Assembly (NCBI RefSeq): GCF_963676685.1
Contig: NC_092344.1
Span: 109,678,001 to 109,742,000 of the forward strand
Reading direction: 5' to 3'
DNA length: 64,000 nucleotides
From: Mytilus edulis
Taxonomy: Eukaryota
Part shown: in pieces, positions 15,713 through 28,503 of the stretch
Position numbering within the stretch: the first letter of the stretch is position 1
How the letters are laid out: each line of letters begins with the position of its first letter
Notes under the pieces: model-generated
What the model saw: the letters and a program-made list of their open reading frames with translations, nothing else
What the model was told of the DNA's origin: nothing
Database searches by the model: none
Program-made: the position numbers and the translations under genes

Positions 15713-16008
15713 GAAAGTGTCTTTAAAATATAAGTATTCTACGTGTTTGACTTTTTGTTTGAACATAATTTTCGTACAATTAATTGTGAAACACATGTGC
15801 CAATATTTTCCACATCATTTGTCAATTTCCTATACAGATACAATTTGTCAAATTCACGATATATGCGATGAAAAATAAATCAGTGCAATAAACAAATTGC
15901 TTGTAAAACTGTCTGATCCTTTTGTCATTTTGAACAATAAAATATGTTTTAACTAAAAAATTGCTTAAAACCTTACTGAACTAAAACATAAAAATAATAT
16001 ATTCTTAC

Positions 16009-16217
16009 GCATCAGTAGGTTGTCGTTCTGTGTTTCGGTCATAATTATGTATAATTGCAGAACAAGTTGTGGAGCAGACTCTAGGAAAGCTTCAAACATC
16101 CTTAACATCGCAGCATCTGCATCTTCGTATAAAACATTTTTATAGAAATAACTTCTTCTACCGTCCGACAATGATGCAGATCTACTTTTACAGCCATAAT
16201 AGATGTATTCAACATTT
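16009..16217 (-). CDS. XK-related protein paralogue 2, exon 2 (209 bp)
   Basis: EDADAAMLRMFEAFLESAPQLVLQLYI; same length and phase as paralogue 1 exon 2. Confidence 0.9.
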
Positions 16218-16761
16218 CTACAATGAAAAAAAAACGTTCATAACTTCAATTTACATTTCACAATGCAAGCAAAACGAAGATTTAAAAAGTATCAAAAGAA
16301 AACGCCAAATAACTCAAAGAAGTGATTAGGTAAAGAAATGTATTCTAACTGAAAAATAATAGAATATACTAAAGAATGTGGTGTGTCGATATCTTTAGTT
16401 CAGTTGTGTTAGGTCAATAGAAGAATATATGTATTTCGAGCAAAAGTTTAACCTATCTCACAAACTTATTCAAAGAAAACAATAAGAATAAAATGAATAA
16501 AAATTAAAAAAAAACCATTTTAAAATATAATAACACAATCCAATAGATAGCTAGGTTATAAAATTGGGTCGACCAAAATGAAGACGGGACATTTAGACTA
16601 CTAATATAAAGGAGGTATTTAAGATAGGAAAAATCATTTTGTCTTCCAACATACCATCCAAGGCCCCTTAAAAATGTCTTATTTATGTTTTTTAAAGTGG
16701 GAGCATGGTGCTTTTAAAACGAAAACAAAATCGAAGAAGCGTTTACATTATGAAAGCTTAC

Positions 16762-17456
16762 CTTACAATAGGACCAAGCATGAATGGTAAGGAAAGTAAT
16801 ACTCGTAAAAACCATTTCCACCCTTGTGTTGTCTTTCCTTTATTCTTTTCTGCCATATAGTCGCGATAATACCAGGATATATTGATCGCATTCATGACAA
16901 GATGAGGAAAGAAGATCAGTGATGCTGTAAATCCGAATGAAATCCATCTTTGTAGACGGTAATATTCTTCAGCCAGAACTACATCTGATATCACATCATA
17001 TAAGAAGAAGACAGTTGATAAAATTGTTGCAATCAAATCTGTTCCACGAAACAGAAAAGGATATTCTTCAGAATTAAAATATTCATTAGTTTTCCAACAA
17101 TTATTGCCACAGCAGCATGTCAACGCAACACTTGTTGCTTTATCAAATCCTGACACAGTGTCATGTTCATCATTATCGTGAGTTCTGTTAATATCAAGAA
17201 ATTCATCCCCAGCACGTCTGGAAGGTGCCATCTTAGAATTATGACTCTTATTTATATGGCGAGCATCAACTTCATCACGACCACTTTCTGTTTTGTATTC
17301 TTCTTTAGAGGTTACTGTTTTACCATCATATGTAAATTTAAGGTCTTTAACCATAATTTTACCGTCAACTTCGTCAAAGGTCTCATCTTCGTCATATTTC
17401 ACTCTTCTGGTGTAAGGAAACTTTTTGGTTCCCATTTTGGGATTTGCCTTTGCCAT
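16762..17456 (-). CDS. XK-related protein paralogue 2, exon 1
   Basis: ATG at 17456; YDVISDVVLAEEYY...LGPIVR; gtaag donor. Confidence 0.88.
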
Positions 17457-18852
17457 TCCTATTATCTGCTCTACACCTTTTCTTAACTTTTTTCTTTTTA
17501 GATAACCGACTTATTTCTTACGGTGACAAATATAGAGCCAAGACATCCTAATTTATTTTATATCAATCCAGTTTAGTCATTCCTTTAAATCATTCCGAGA
17601 ATTCAAATCAGTGTTCGTCATACTACACGAAATTAAGTGTTCACCACACCGCAAATTGGTGGGATATCTATCTAGGTCATGTTTGGCTAGTAATACATGT
17701 ATGATTAAACATCCTGTTGAAAACATTGTAAATATAATTAGAACGGGTATACATAGTCAATGGTTTTTTAAAACTAATTTGAAATTATGTGTTAGGCTGA
17801 GCGTTTTAATTACCGAAATTTTAGAGACTACATAGAACTGGTGAGGTGGGCATTTATTTTTCTACTTTATGTTAATATTGATAGCAATACCAATACTTAG
17901 TTGGTAGAGAATAACCCATGTGATATCTCGTTCGACGTTACATGCGGTTAATGCAAATAACTTTATTAAATAGCAGTAGTATAGTCATTATCGAGTTAAA
18001 AATAATTACAGTTGAAAAAAAAGTAGTCATAAAATAAATAATTTAACTTTGTTCGATACTGTTAATGTCGTCGATACAGTAACAGGAGAGGTAATGACGT
18101 TGCTAACGTAAATTGTTATTTTGATGACGTCAAACAATCACTCATAGGGAAAAGATTCAGTTTTCGATGGATTTTTATCATTCAAACTAATTTAACTTGA
18201 AAACGAGTTCATGGACACTTTTTTTAAAAAAAAGCCATTTGATTTGATTACGTAAGAAGATTATGTGTGCCAATTTTCATGAAAACGTGCATTTTGTTTT
18301 AAATTTGAGAAATATACTTTTTTTTTCTACATTCGTGATCATTTGATAAATACGAGCTATTTGAAAAAACAAATTGCACAAATTTGAAGGACATGTATAT
18401 TAAACAGAATTTAACAAATAGTTTAACAAAAAACTGCTTGTGTTTATCTTTTAAAACATGCTATGTATTTCTGTCGAAAAGAAATATACGACTACAAATC
18501 CTAATTTTGAGCAAATATATAAAATTTTGACCTCATTTTACTTAAAAAGTAGCGCATGAAGGTATACTTTTATTACATATTTGATTTAATCAGGCAATAA
18601 ATAGCCTATATGCAAATTGTCAGCAACATTTCAATATGGGATCAAAACTGTATCGTATGCCCTTTAGTAAGGAAGTGTATGTTGGGTAATTAATATTTTT
18701 TAGGTAGTGTGAAAATGGTATAGGATGTGAATTAAATATTCGTTTCGTTTGATTAAGGGAAAAATATGATTTTTCATTCTCGAAATGTCCTATTTTCGTC
18801 CGGCGATGCCGTTTAGAGGTCCCAAACCACCAAATGATCCCTCCAATTTAGT

Positions 18853-19850
18853 AGCCCTACTCGTGTGGTCTAGCGGGACGGCTGTAGTGCAGGCGATTTG
18901 GTGTCACGATATCACAGTAGCATGGGTTCGAATCCCGGCGAGGGAAGAACCAAAAATTTGCGAAAGCAAATTTACAAATCTAACATTGTTGGGTTGATGT
19001 TTAGACGAGTTGTATATACATTATGTACACAGCCATGTATCACCATCATTGATGGCGATCCGATGGATACATCTGTTGTAGGGTTGTCACTGACTCAGAC
19101 GTACTTATGAATATAATTATTTTCTGTGACTGTATCTTACATTAATTTGTAGGATCCTTTACTATAGATAATTTAGCTGATCTGTAACAATAACAACTTC
19201 ATGCCTTATATATCATGTACTGTAGTACGCCGCTAGATGAAAACTGACGTGGAAAGGTAACACATGGCCAGCGAAAGCTCTTTTTTTAGAGAGCCCAGGT
19301 GGTCGTGTGGTCTAGCGGGACGGCTGCAGTGCAGGCGATTTGGTGTCACGATATCACAGTAGCATGGGTTCGAATCCCGGCGAGGGAAGAACCAAAAATT
19401 TGCGAAAGCAAATTTACAGATCTAACATTGTTGGGTTGTATTTAGACGAGTTGTATATATATACGTACTTATAAATATAATTATTTTCTGTGACTGTATA
19501 TTACATTAATTTATAGGATCCTTTATTATAGATAATTTAGCTGATCTGTAACAATAACATCTCCATGCCTTATATATCATGTACTGTAGTACGCCGCTAG
19601 ATTAAACTGACGAGGAAAGGTAACACACGGCCAGCGACAAGTACGTCTGAGCCAGTGACAACTCTACAACAGATTTATCCATCGGATAGCCATCAAATGA
19701 TGGTGATACATGGCTGTGTACATAATGTATATACAACTCGCAATTTTTGGTTCTTCCCTCGCCGGGATTCGAACCCATGCTACTGTGATATCGTGACACC
19801 AAATCGCCTGCACTGCAGCCGTCCCACTAGACCACACGACCACCAGGGCT
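18853..19850. repeat. tRNA-headed (SINE-like, Pol III A/B box) ~442-bp unit: two head-to-tail copies (+) then a partial inverted copy (-)
   Basis: Heads at ~18854 and ~19293 with tggtcgtgtggtctagcgg (A-box-like) and gggttcgaatccc (B box); reverse-complement copy at 19639-19850. Confidence 0.8.
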
Positions 19851-20321
19851 ATATATATAATGACTGAATAAATAGTCAACGATTAATCTTATAGGGCGAT
19901 GGATCATGTAATATGATTCTGTACACTACAAAATATGATATATAACAAGTCAAAAAGGGTACAACATCACCATTAAATAACTATAAAATGAACAAATATT
20001 AGATATTTCGGATAACAGATATCCTTCTTCGATAATAGCACGATGTAATGTCAATATATTCAAATTGAGACACTATCAAAATCTTGAACGTTTATACAAT
20101 TTAAGCGGACACCACAGACGCTGGTACAATTTTAAAATTTCCACACACGGCGCAAAGATTACAAAGATATGCCAAATAAAAATAGTTATTTGCGATGTGA
20201 ACTGGCACAACTCTAAATTTCCAAAGGTTGTGACAGTTTCGATGTGATAACTGCCTGGAGGGCAGTCCTCAAACAAAAAATAAAAAATGCCCTAACCGAT
20301 CCAAGTTGGTATAATTTTTCA

Positions 20322-20538
20322 AATTTCCTGTTACAAAACTTTGAATTATCCCAGGAATAGATTACCTTAACCGTATTTGGCACAACTTTTTTGGAATTTT
20401 GGGTCCGCACTACTCTTCAACTTTGTATTTGTTTGGCTTTACAACTATTTTGATTTGAGCGTCACTGAAGAGTCTTGTGTAGACGAAACGCGCGTCTTGC
20501 GTATTAAATTATAATCCTGATACCTTTGATAACTATTT
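20322..20538 (+). mobile_element. Retrozyme-type repeat monomer fragment
   Basis: Homologous to the minus-strand copy at 24335-24715 and contains the hammerhead motif. Confidence 0.7.
20459..20502 (+). ncRNA. Type I hammerhead ribozyme
   Basis: gcgtca-CTGAAGA-gtct(tgtgt)agac-GAAA-cgcgcg-TC-ttgcgt: intact core boxes, stem II, short palindromic stem III, GUC cleavage triplet. Confidence 0.85.
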
Positions 20539-21310
20539 TTCCGTTTGGAAGATTCGTGATTTGTTTTTGTTACCGTTTTACCAATGGGAAATAACAAGAT
20601 TTGCGTCCAGAATATGCACCAGCATACAGGAATATAGGAGTAAATATGATTAAACAGGTCGGTTAAAATCTAAAGATACTATGATCTTGGTTTTCAAGAC
20701 AAAATTGTTTTGATCTATTTATTGTAACTGGTCATATGTCATTATACTTTTAACCACTGTTTTGTGTAATATGTTATATATCTATTTATATTAATGTGGA
20801 ATATTTAAATAAAGATAAAAACAATGTTCACTAGTCCTGGAAAGTTCAGAATTAAAAACGTGTGCAGCTCTTAGATTATTGAATATTCCGAACAAAACGA
20901 GTAACAATTGGGATTCAACATGATGAACATGATGAACTAGGTCAACTATCAAAATAAAATGGGTCATACATTATCTTTAACTTATACCATTTCAAGGCAT
21001 TCCGGATATTCCGAGAAACAACAATCAAAATGAATGACAAAAATAAAGAGATGGCAAATTTTCTTCACCGATAACTGCTTATTCATCGACACTTTCAGCC
21101 GATCAAATTAGGAGTATCGACAAACAATTTGCATCTCAAGTTCAATTGGGTATTGTTAACAAAGAGGAGTTTTCCGCGTCTTTTCTATGGTTAATACAAG
21201 AAATAATATAATGCTTTCGGGGACGGTTCATCTTGTAATATAATAACAGGGCTATAGTAATGTGTTATTTGTGTACACTTGTTTTATTGGGTATTGGTAA
21301 CAAAGAATAG

Positions 21311-21921
21311 TCAAATGTTTTCAGCGTCTTTTCTATGGTTAAGACAAGAAATAATATAATGGTTTCTGGGACGGTATATCTTGTAATATAATAACAGGGC
21401 TAAAATGTGTAGCACCATACTACATATAACAAACCCTATTATAGGAAAGTAATACCAGTCTTCTCTGTGATCAGTAAAATGAGCCCAAGCGGCTATCATT
21501 GCTAAGTTTTCCATATATGTAATGAAATAATATAACAATAACTTATAACGTGTACGGCCTTGTTGAACACTCTGATATGAAAGTATCAAAATATATCCCA
21601 AGACAATATTAAATATGATTTTTTCGAATCTTTTTGTGTAAACGTCAGGCTTCTGAAACGCTATCCATACAGACATTATTATCCAGTGAGGTATGAGAAC
21701 AGCCAATAACATATAATATTTGAATTGTGCTGCAAATACTGCGAAGACTATCATTCTTGGTCCAACTTCACATGTTCGCCAAAGGTAATATAAAATGGTG
21801 CCACGTGCTGAAACATCACTGTCTTTACTACTATGTGAGGCTCGTAGAGCATTCTGGTATGATACCAACGAACCTGACACACTAATCCAGGATCCAAAAA
21901 TAGCAATTCCTTGAACAATAT
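21311..21921 (-). CDS. XK-related protein paralogue 3, exon 3
   Basis: SWISVSGSLVSYQNALR...WRTCEVGPR...SVQQGRTRYK...YYKIYRP; ttgtag acceptor at 21922-21923. Confidence 0.88.
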
Positions 21922-22309
21922 CTACAATACAAGACAATAAAAAAGAATGATTTATAAAATTCAAGCAATATTTTATACAAAACTGTAGCAAGATTGTCAT
22001 ATCATTTGTTTTGTAAATCATCTTGAAAATAAAAACATGAACTGATACTAGTTTTACATATATATATCTTGCCAATGTGTAGAGATCTGTCAAAATTTAC
22101 TAATGTTATCAACTCTGCAGTATGGGCTACTACTATTATCACATTAATTTTCTTTTTCGCTGTTTTAGAATGATAAATTGCCTAATTTCTATCAAGAATA
22201 TTTTAATGTTCAAAAAATGTAGCACAAAATAAAAAGTAAGCAGCAAAGAAAAATACCACAAACTAGTTAATTATCTTCAAATAAAACAGAAAGTTTGAAA
22301 TTAATTTAC

Positions 22310-22518
22310 GAAGGAGTATTGAGTCATCGTGTGTATCTGTCAGTATTATATACATCTGTAGTATGAGTTGTGGAGCAGATTCTAGAAAAGCTTCAAACAT
22401 TGTTAACATGGCAGCATCTGTATCTTCGTATTTCATTTGTCTGTAATGGTATCTAATATCAAGTTCGCTGGACTTCACAGATCTGGTTTTCATGCCATGA
22501 TACATGTACTCGATGTTT
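22310..22518 (-). CDS. XK-related protein paralogue 3, exon 2 (209 bp)
   Basis: EDTDAAMLTMFEAFLESAPQLILQMYI. Confidence 0.9.
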
Positions 22519-23228
22519 CTAGAATTACACATAAGATTAACAGATTTAGAATTAATGTTTTATCAGATAAACGAAAGATATTCTCTGTAAGAATTTCAAT
22601 AACTTGTATATCAGCCAGGGTCGGATTGTATCCTAAAGAAAAACTGGTATACCTCATCGTTAATGTCGTAATTGGCGTGATAATTACACGAATTAATACA
22701 ACCGAAGCGACTAAATAAAAAACTTTGTAAAATTTGCATTACATGTACTTATTCTTTACCATTTCGTCCTGAACATGCATGAAATATTTTCCACTGGACG
22801 TTAAGCAACCAACAATCAATCAATCTTTGCCATTTGCATTTTAAATCATATTTTGTACATTGAAACACATGTAATTCAATCATTATTTTTATATAGGAAT
22901 AATCTGTGTACAAACACTTTAGATGAAAATAGTGTACTTTTTTTCATCTGCATTACGTTGACAATCGAAATGTCAATGTCTGTTCGTTTGTCGCTGTTGC
23001 AACTCTTTCGTTCAATATGTACTCATAAGAACACAGAGAAATCTGTCTGTATAGTTATGTGCTGATGTTGTGTTATTGTGTTCAGAAGCTGTTTTACTTA
23101 GATACTTCATTGATAAAGCAAATGTACAGACGTAACACTTTATTTGTGTTTTGTTTAATATGTTATCATACTTTATAAAAATTGGCATTACTTGCCGTAC
23201 AGAAAGGTCAAACAATTTGATAGAGTGC

Positions 23229-23339
23229 TAGTCCAAATAATTATGACGTCTGGCAAGGCTATTTTAATTTCTATTCTGAGACGCCTTCCTCTGGCAAGGC
23301 TATTTTTTTTTCTGGGAGACGTCATCATTTTTTGGACTA
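23229..23339. mobile_element. Small MITE in Xkr-3 intron 1
   Basis: TIRs tagtccaaataattatgacgtc / gacgtcatcattttttggacta; 9-bp flanks atagagtgc / atacagtgc (TSD with 1 mismatch). Confidence 0.65.
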
Positions 23340-23374
23340 ATACAGTGCATGCATACTATCTATAGTTTGCTTAC

Positions 23375-23982
23375 CTTGCAACAGGTCCGGAAAGCAAAGG
23401 CATAGAACAGAAAATTCGCAAAAACCAAACTGAAAACTCCGTGACTTCAGATTTTTTTCTCCTTTCTGCAATGAAGTCGCGAATGTACCAACTAATGTTT
23501 ATCGAATTCATTATCAAAAGTGGGAACAAAATAAATGACGCCGTAAAGCCAAATGCTTCCCATCTTTTTAAGCGAAAGTATTCTTCAGCAAGATAAATAT
23601 CCGATATTATATCGTAATAATAAAGAATGATACCTATGATGGTTCCTATAAGATGTTTCCCATGGAAGAGTAATGGATATTCTGTTTTATCAAATGCATT
23701 AGCATATTTCCAGCGTCTACCACCACAACAACAATCTAACAATTTATTTGACAATGAATCCTCCACAATATTCCCGTCTAAGGTATCGCTATCAGGTGAG
23801 TCGTTATCTAAAGCATAGGAACGTGAAGAAAAAATCATTTTTTCTGTGTCGGCATTAAATTGTATGTCCCATTCGTTGTGTAATTCAGTAGGATCTTCGT
23901 CATGTTCTTTGTTTCTACATATTTGGTGTGTCATCAAAGACGTAGTTGCTTCATCGTCTTCGTCATTGGCGGACCACTCCAT
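23375..23982 (-). CDS. XK-related protein paralogue 3, exon 1
   Basis: First ATG at 23982 (ORF track starts at a TTG); YYDIISDIYLAEEYF...SGPVAR; gtaag donor. Confidence 0.85.
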
Positions 23983-24334
23983 TTCTTTTGACAATTTATA
24001 TAAAATATCCGTGCTAATAGCAACTATTTTGTATATGTTGTTTTATGTAAATATTTTCTTATATAAAAATCCACGCAAGAATGACAATATTTTCTAACGA
24101 CAGATATTTATTGCCTCTTTTGAAAATCCATGTATTAAAAAATCCTTTCATTATGAAACATTTCAGACGTTATTTACAATGTGTATTCGTCTGAAACGAA
24201 TAAGTTATGAATTATTTAAACATTAAAACTGATTATTAAAAATAAAAATATAAAAAAAAATATCATGTAATGATGTATTTTAAAGGAAATAAGCCTAATA
24301 AGAGATTACTAATAATCAGGGATTATGTGTATAA

Positions 24335-24715
24335 ATAAACTCATCATCAATACCAGGATTTAAATTTTGTATTTACGCCAGACGCGTGTTACGTCAAAAC
24401 AAAAGACTCATCAGTGACGCTCGAATCCAAAATAGTTTAAAAGACCAAATGAAGTACGAATTTGAAGAGCATTGAGGACGAACATTCCTTAAAGTTTTGT
24501 CAAAAACAGCGCAATAGCGAATATAATATATTCCTGAGGTAGAAAAGCCTTAGTAAGTTAGTATTTCATAAATTCAAAGTTTTGTCAACAGTTAATTTAT
24601 AAACATGACCTTATCAATGATACATAGTGAAATTCATAGTGTAATTCATGTCAGCATATAAGTGCTGACTACTTGGCCGGTCATACCCTCGGGGTATAAA
24701 AACTCCACCAGCAGG
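24335..24715 (-). mobile_element. Retrozyme-type repeat monomer (~380 bp) with mutated hammerhead at 24375-24420
   Basis: Minus strand gcgtca-CTGATGA-gtct..gac-GTAA-cacgcg-TC-tggcgt; homologous to 20322-20538. Confidence 0.72.
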
Positions 24716-26749
24716 AATTCCTTGCCATTTGGGGATTTCATGTTATCCCTAACATTTAAAAAAAAAATGTATACATGTATCACACATATTCCTTGACCTT
24801 TAAAAATAGAATGTTTGATCGTAGTTTTCCTAATTTTCAATGATAGCCACATTTATAGACATCATTAAGGGGCAAAATATTTTAGGGGAAATTAGGCTTT
24901 TACGTTTTTGGAAACGACTATTTGGGAGGACGATTTTGAAAATATATGATCTGGCTTAGCAATAACTGAAAATAAATAATTTTGACCATTGTAGGTTGTG
25001 AAAGAGATTGATAACAAATGATCACGCGACAAAGCCGAATAACAATAAAATTGAGAATGGAAATGGGGAATGTGTCAAAGAGACAACAACCCGACCAAAT
25101 AAAAAACAACAGCAGAGGGTCACCAACAGGTCTTCAATGTAGCGAGAAACATTTAAACAGAAATGTTTATAGAACAAAGATTATATTCTATAGAAAAGTG
25201 ATTAAATTTATCTCTGCATCTGGTCTTCAACATCTAATGAAATAAATATCTTTAGAAAATGAACGTTTAAATGATATTTCATTTCAACACAAAAGTGCTG
25301 ATAACTAGGCTGAGATACGTCAAAGAGTAGTGGCATTAAAACGGTGGTTGTATAACTCATCAACGGTAATAGGTTTATAATTAAAGAACGCTAGACACAT
25401 CAATGGAACTCAGACATTCGAGAAGCCAAATCCAATACAAAGTTCGGAGCATAGAAAGTTGTGTCAAAATAAAACTGATGCTATATGTGACTTGGGTAAC
25501 ATTAACCACCAAGGGTTTCACCAGATACAACTTTTTAGAAAGTGAATTATCAGAAAATAAAACTGCCAAATATGTTTCATGTCAACGAAATAATTCTTAT
25601 TACTGAGCTTGTAATATTGTAGCAGACGAAACGTCCAGCAGAAATGACAAATTGTCAAGGTGCTTTTAAAAAAACTCATCAATTAGTCAGATTTCAAGGC
25701 AATTACGTCTTTACATATCTTAATTCATTATAACTTGCAGCTGTACTGATAAGTTGTCAAGAAAATAAGTAGCCTCATTGGGTCATAACAAGAAAAAGAA
25801 TCATTCTGATGTGCTAAGTTTCAATTTTCCGGATCAATTGTATTTGCAATAAAAAGTTATCAAGTAGCTATCCTCCGGCAGGGAAAAATAGTCGATATGA
25901 ACAAGACCGAAATCAAGTGGAAAGATTTCAAAAGGATATTTTTAGAATCAGGTGTTGATTTATAAAAAATCCGTTAATCTGTAAGATTAAATACAATTTA
26001 AATCGGTCTCCTTCTGTAATAGTGAATACTAGAGTATTTAAAAGATTTTTGATTATGTTTTATTGACAACATTGACAACTGTTTTGCTGCATTTGTATGG
26101 CGTGTTTTATCAATAAACGTGTTATTTTTAACGTTAAAACAAAACTAATTGCAATTCTGCTGTTTGGAAAATTTACTTATTAACAGCAAAAATCTGAGTA
26201 TCCCGATTATTAAGTACTAAGTTTTTCAGGTTTTTGTTTAATTCACACGAATTATTAATTGCGTTTTGTAAGTCGTTTCTTTTCATATAGACGAAAGCAT
26301 GAATCTTATATTAACATTATGTTTTTCTGCCAAATTTGTGTTTCCGTATACCTATGAGACCTAACTCAGGTTCCCTTTTGCCGACTTGCTACTTTATTCA
26401 CATGATGTTAAATTAATACCAAATAGTAGAATTTAGCCTAAACTTCCCGTATTTATTGTTATTTCTTATTAATTCAAATATATTTTAAAAATAAAAAAAA
26501 ACATAACTAGCGATGTTGATAGAGCTATAACATGTACAAAAAATTTTCGTATATGTTATTACATATACAAAATATTGCTTAAAAATGGTTTTAACCTGTA
26601 CAAATTTTGAAAATAATAATAAAGCAGAATATACACGCACGGTTGAAATGTATTAAATAGTAAAGAACAATAATCAAAAGCAAAAGAATGTGCATTATTT
26701 ACAGCATGCAATAAATACTACATTTTCATACATTATAGAAACAAGTTAA

Positions 26750-27257
26750 ATTTTACTTGTTGCTACAAGACAGAGACATGTGACACATTGAGTTGCACAA
26801 AACTTTCTTCTAAATTTACACCTACCAGACTTACAGTACAACTGCCTTTCTTACACTGACGATGCACAAAACCTTGCCCTCCACTCAATGATTATTTACG
26901 CACTATATCATGTATCTCTCTCACATTCATACAACTCATTGGGACTTCAGGCACATTTAAAGTTGCTTTTGCAAAAAATTAAACCTAGTTTCTACTCAAG
27001 TATCCATTTATTTGTCCATCTTTACTTCTAATTTTAGAGCCATCGTGTTTATTCACATTCATCACCACGCCTTTTATGTTTCTCTCATCGGAAGATCTAT
27101 CAATGGGTGTAATAGGAATGATAACGTTATCGTCTAGGGAGAGAACAGTTAATCTAGTTTTGATTTTTGTCAAGGCTCCAGCTTGTATCTGCTGACCAGA
27201 AAGGGTCCTCTTTCGTGCACGCTTAATGTCAAAATTTGAAATATCAGACAAACCCTC
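26750..27257 (-). mobile_element. Degenerate Ginger-type (KRBA2/SCAND3-like integrase) transposase C-terminal fragment
   Basis: DDNVIIPITPIDRSSDERNIKGVVM...INGYLSRN followed by SLSGGQGFVH..C..SGRC..VLCNSMCH..SC cysteine-rich tail with stops and frameshifts. Confidence 0.6.
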
Positions 27258-28380
27258 ACTAGTATGCAACATGACATACACAAGATGGAAGCATGGAGTG
27301 GCAAATGGCTACTAAGATTTCACCCTGTGGTTTCCAAAGGTAAATACATGGAAATATGTAAGAAATCAAATAACACTGATCACTCAAACAAATTACAAAG
27401 TACCAAACCATACAATAGTAAAGATTAAAAAGAAACAAGAATGTGTCCAAAGTACACGGATGCCCCACTTGCACTATCCTTTTCCATGTTCCATGGACTG
27501 TAAAAATTGGGTAATAATCTAATTTGGCATTAAAATTAGAAAGATTATTATAGGGAACATATGTAATAAGTTTCAAGTTGATAGGACTTCAATTTCATCA
27601 AAAACTACCTTGACCAAAAACTTTAACCTGAAACTCCCACTTTCATTTTCTATGTATAGTGAACCGTGAAATTGGGGTCAAATGTCTAATTTGGCATTAA
27701 AATTAGAAAGATCATATCATAAGCAACAAGTGTACTAAGTTTCAAGTTGATTGGACTTCAGCTTCATCAAAAACTACCTTGACCAAAAACTTTAACCTGA
27801 AACTCCCCCTTTCATTTTCTATGTTCAGTGGACCGTAAAATTGGGGTCGAAAGTCTAATTTGACTTTAAAATTAAAAAGATCATATCATAAGCAACAAGT
27901 GTACTAAGTTTCAAGTTGATTGGACTTCAGCTTCATCAAAAACTACCTTGACCAAAAACTTTAACCTGAAACTCCCCCTTTCATTTTCTATGTTCAGTGG
28001 ACCGTGAAATTGGGGTCAAAAGTCTAATTTTGCATTAAAATTAGAAAGATCATATCATAAGCAACAAGTGTACTAAGTTTGAAGTTGATTGGACTTCAGC
28101 TTCATCAAAAACTACCTTGACCAAAAACTTTAACCTGAACGGACGGACGGACGGACGGACGGACAGACGGACGGACGCACGGACGAACGGAGGCACAGAC
28201 CAGAAAACATAATGCCCCTCTACTATCGTAGGTGGGGCATAAAAAGGTTTAGGAGTCCTAATCGACTTAGAGCTCACTTTTAAAAATCACATAAGCAAAA
28301 AAGTGAATAAGACCAACTCCATATTTGCAGTTCTCAGAAGAACTTTTAAATACTTTGGTACGGACACATTCATATCATTG
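27258..28380 (+). mobile_element. CR1-like LINE RT fragment split by a HINE insertion
   Basis: HDIHKMEAWSGKWLLRFHP before the insertion; LGVLIDLELTFKNHISKKVNKTNSIFAVLRRTFKY after it. Confidence 0.65.
27434..28245. mobile_element. Helentron-derived HINE with ~4 internal 169-bp tandem repeats
   Basis: ctaccttgacc recurs at 27605, 27774, 27943 and 28112; (GGAC)n microsatellite; terminal hairpin atgcccc...ggggcat before an A-tract. Confidence 0.8.
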
Positions 28381-28503
28381 TGGACTTTCCGAATGTGGTA
28401 AATTTACTTTCCATCTGTATTGTTTCTGCTTTATCTTTAGTTGATTGTAAGAGGGGTTTTAGTAGATACAATCTCATTAAGACATATCTCAGGAACAGGT
28501 TAA

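Noticed and set aside
18853-18946. Functional tRNA gene
   Set aside because: Acceptor and T stems are mispaired, there is no credible anticodon arm, and it sits in a repeated unit; treated as a tRNA-derived head.
19240-19305. Hammerhead ribozyme at the junction of the 442-bp units (ctgacg..gaaa)
   Set aside because: No proper stem II and no NUH triplet after the putative stem III.
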